NCBI GenBank assembly: GCA_030324005.1
Contig: JARDVH010000133.1
Location: 31,585,164-31,648,325, forward strand
Direction of reading: 5' to 3'
From: Negaprion brevirostris
Lineage: Eukaryota
DNA length: 63,162 nucleotides
In this document: positions 62,138 through 63,162 of the stretch, one piece after another
Position numbering within the stretch: position 1 is the stretch's first letter
Layout of the letters: each line of letters begins with the position of its first letter
Notes under the pieces: generated by a model
Databases searched by the model: none
Told to the model about the DNA's origin: nothing
What the model saw: the letters and a program-made list of their open reading frames with translations, nothing else
Translations under genes and position numbers: made by a program

Positions 62138-62204
62138 CATTGTGAGCGTCATGCGGTCAATCTCATGCTTATCCTTTGTTTTGTGCTGTCGGAATGGGCT
62201 GTGC
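62138..62204 (-). CDS. GRK3: GRK3 coding exon (human exon 14 equivalent), kinase domain: (G)[22 protein letters not shown]
   Basis: Manual translation matches the GRK2/3 kinase C-lobe; 67 nt; acceptor TTAG and donor GTAAGA; exon length as in human GRK2/3. Confidence 0.97.
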
Positions 62205-63162
62205 CTAATGAGAGAATAAATAAAGTTTGTTAATTGAGACCGAGCAGACTGGGTGCAGCATTATTGTTCATTGACTAGATGGCCAATGATGTGGGAATGA
62301 TGATGGCAAGGGGTGGGCAGGAAAATGGGAAATGTTGGTGAAAAAGGAGAAGGAAAGGAAAAGACAAGACTATATTGTTGCGAAACTTAACAACTCAAAT
62401 GGTAATACCAAATATTTGTGTTAGGAGATTGGATACCAAGGCAGAAAGACTAGCATCCTGTGAAATGTCAAGCATCACTTGGGGAATGACAGGAGGACAG
62501 CTGTTTGATCGTACATATTTTTGATACTTTTGTTTTCATAAAAGACAAATCCATTACTTTGCATTAGTTTTTTTGCTTTTCCATTTCAAAATGCATCCCT
62601 GACAAATTACCTCTGTTCTCTTTGCTTTACTACTACAATGTAGGTATAGGCATTGTGCAGCAATTGCCAATATATCTGTGGCATAGTCAGGTTTTAATTT
62701 TGATTTTGTGGCACCATAGTATTTAAATTGCAAAATAAAAGTGCTGTGTTACTCTAGCCTACACTTGGCACTAAACATGGCCTGTGGTAAGAATACTGAT
62801 TAAATTTAAACTGTGAAGCATGCCAACATGGGTTCCTGATGGCTCAACTGTTTGACAGCACTGCCTAATCTACGGTACTTAATACCCAAGTTCATGCATG
62901 AAGAAATCACTTGGGTGAGATACCAAAGGATATTTAAAACTGCTGGTACTATTTCCTAACAATTGACAGTGCTTTCAGAAGAGAAAGGGAGAAAATTAAT
63001 TAGACAATAATGCAACCTCCTCTTCCAGTGCCAGGTCTATCTTTATATTTTTAAGCTAAAATTTGCTTCCCATCTCTCCTGAATACACATTTTTGCTGGT
63101 TTGTTGTTGTATTGGCAAAAATGGACTTTTCAGTACCTTGCTTTAAGTATGAGCTAAAACAG

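Noticed and set aside
33770-62204. Assignment as GRK2 (ADRBK1)
   Set aside because: Most diagnostic residues ([35 protein letters not shown]) match GRK3; the few GRK2-like residues are probably ancestral

Overview
Vertebrate genomic DNA from a draft assembly with many N gaps. The repeat content (HE1/V-SINEs, Deu-domain SINEs, CR1/L2/Rex1 LINEs, Penelope-like ends) points to a shark or other elasmobranch (inference). The right half holds the last eight coding exons (equivalent to human exons 14-21) of a G protein-coupled receptor kinase 3 (GRK3/ADRBK2) gene on the minus strand. All have intact GT-AG sites and a continuous frame; the stop is at 33770-33772, followed by a repeat-poor stretch that is probably a long 3' UTR. 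Near the left end, a CpG island holds the probable first coding exon (minus, 2145-2465) of an unidentified single-pass membrane protein gene. Between the two genes lies a nested transposon stack: a Gypsy element interrupted by a 7.5-kb hAT fossil with visible TIRs and TSD, itself interrupted by SINEs, LINEs and an LTR. The most notable unexplained signals are: (i) minimal hammerhead-ribozyme motifs in several families of Penelope-like terminal repeats; (ii) a U2 snRNA-headed repeat; (iii) candidate cassette or poison exons in GRK3 intron 19, including an in-frame 33-nt microexon in the PH domain and an exon whose acceptor lies inside a hairpin; (iv) local templated insertions; (v) a 33-bp intronic minisatellite. 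Repeat boundaries are approximate, read by eye; no searches were run.
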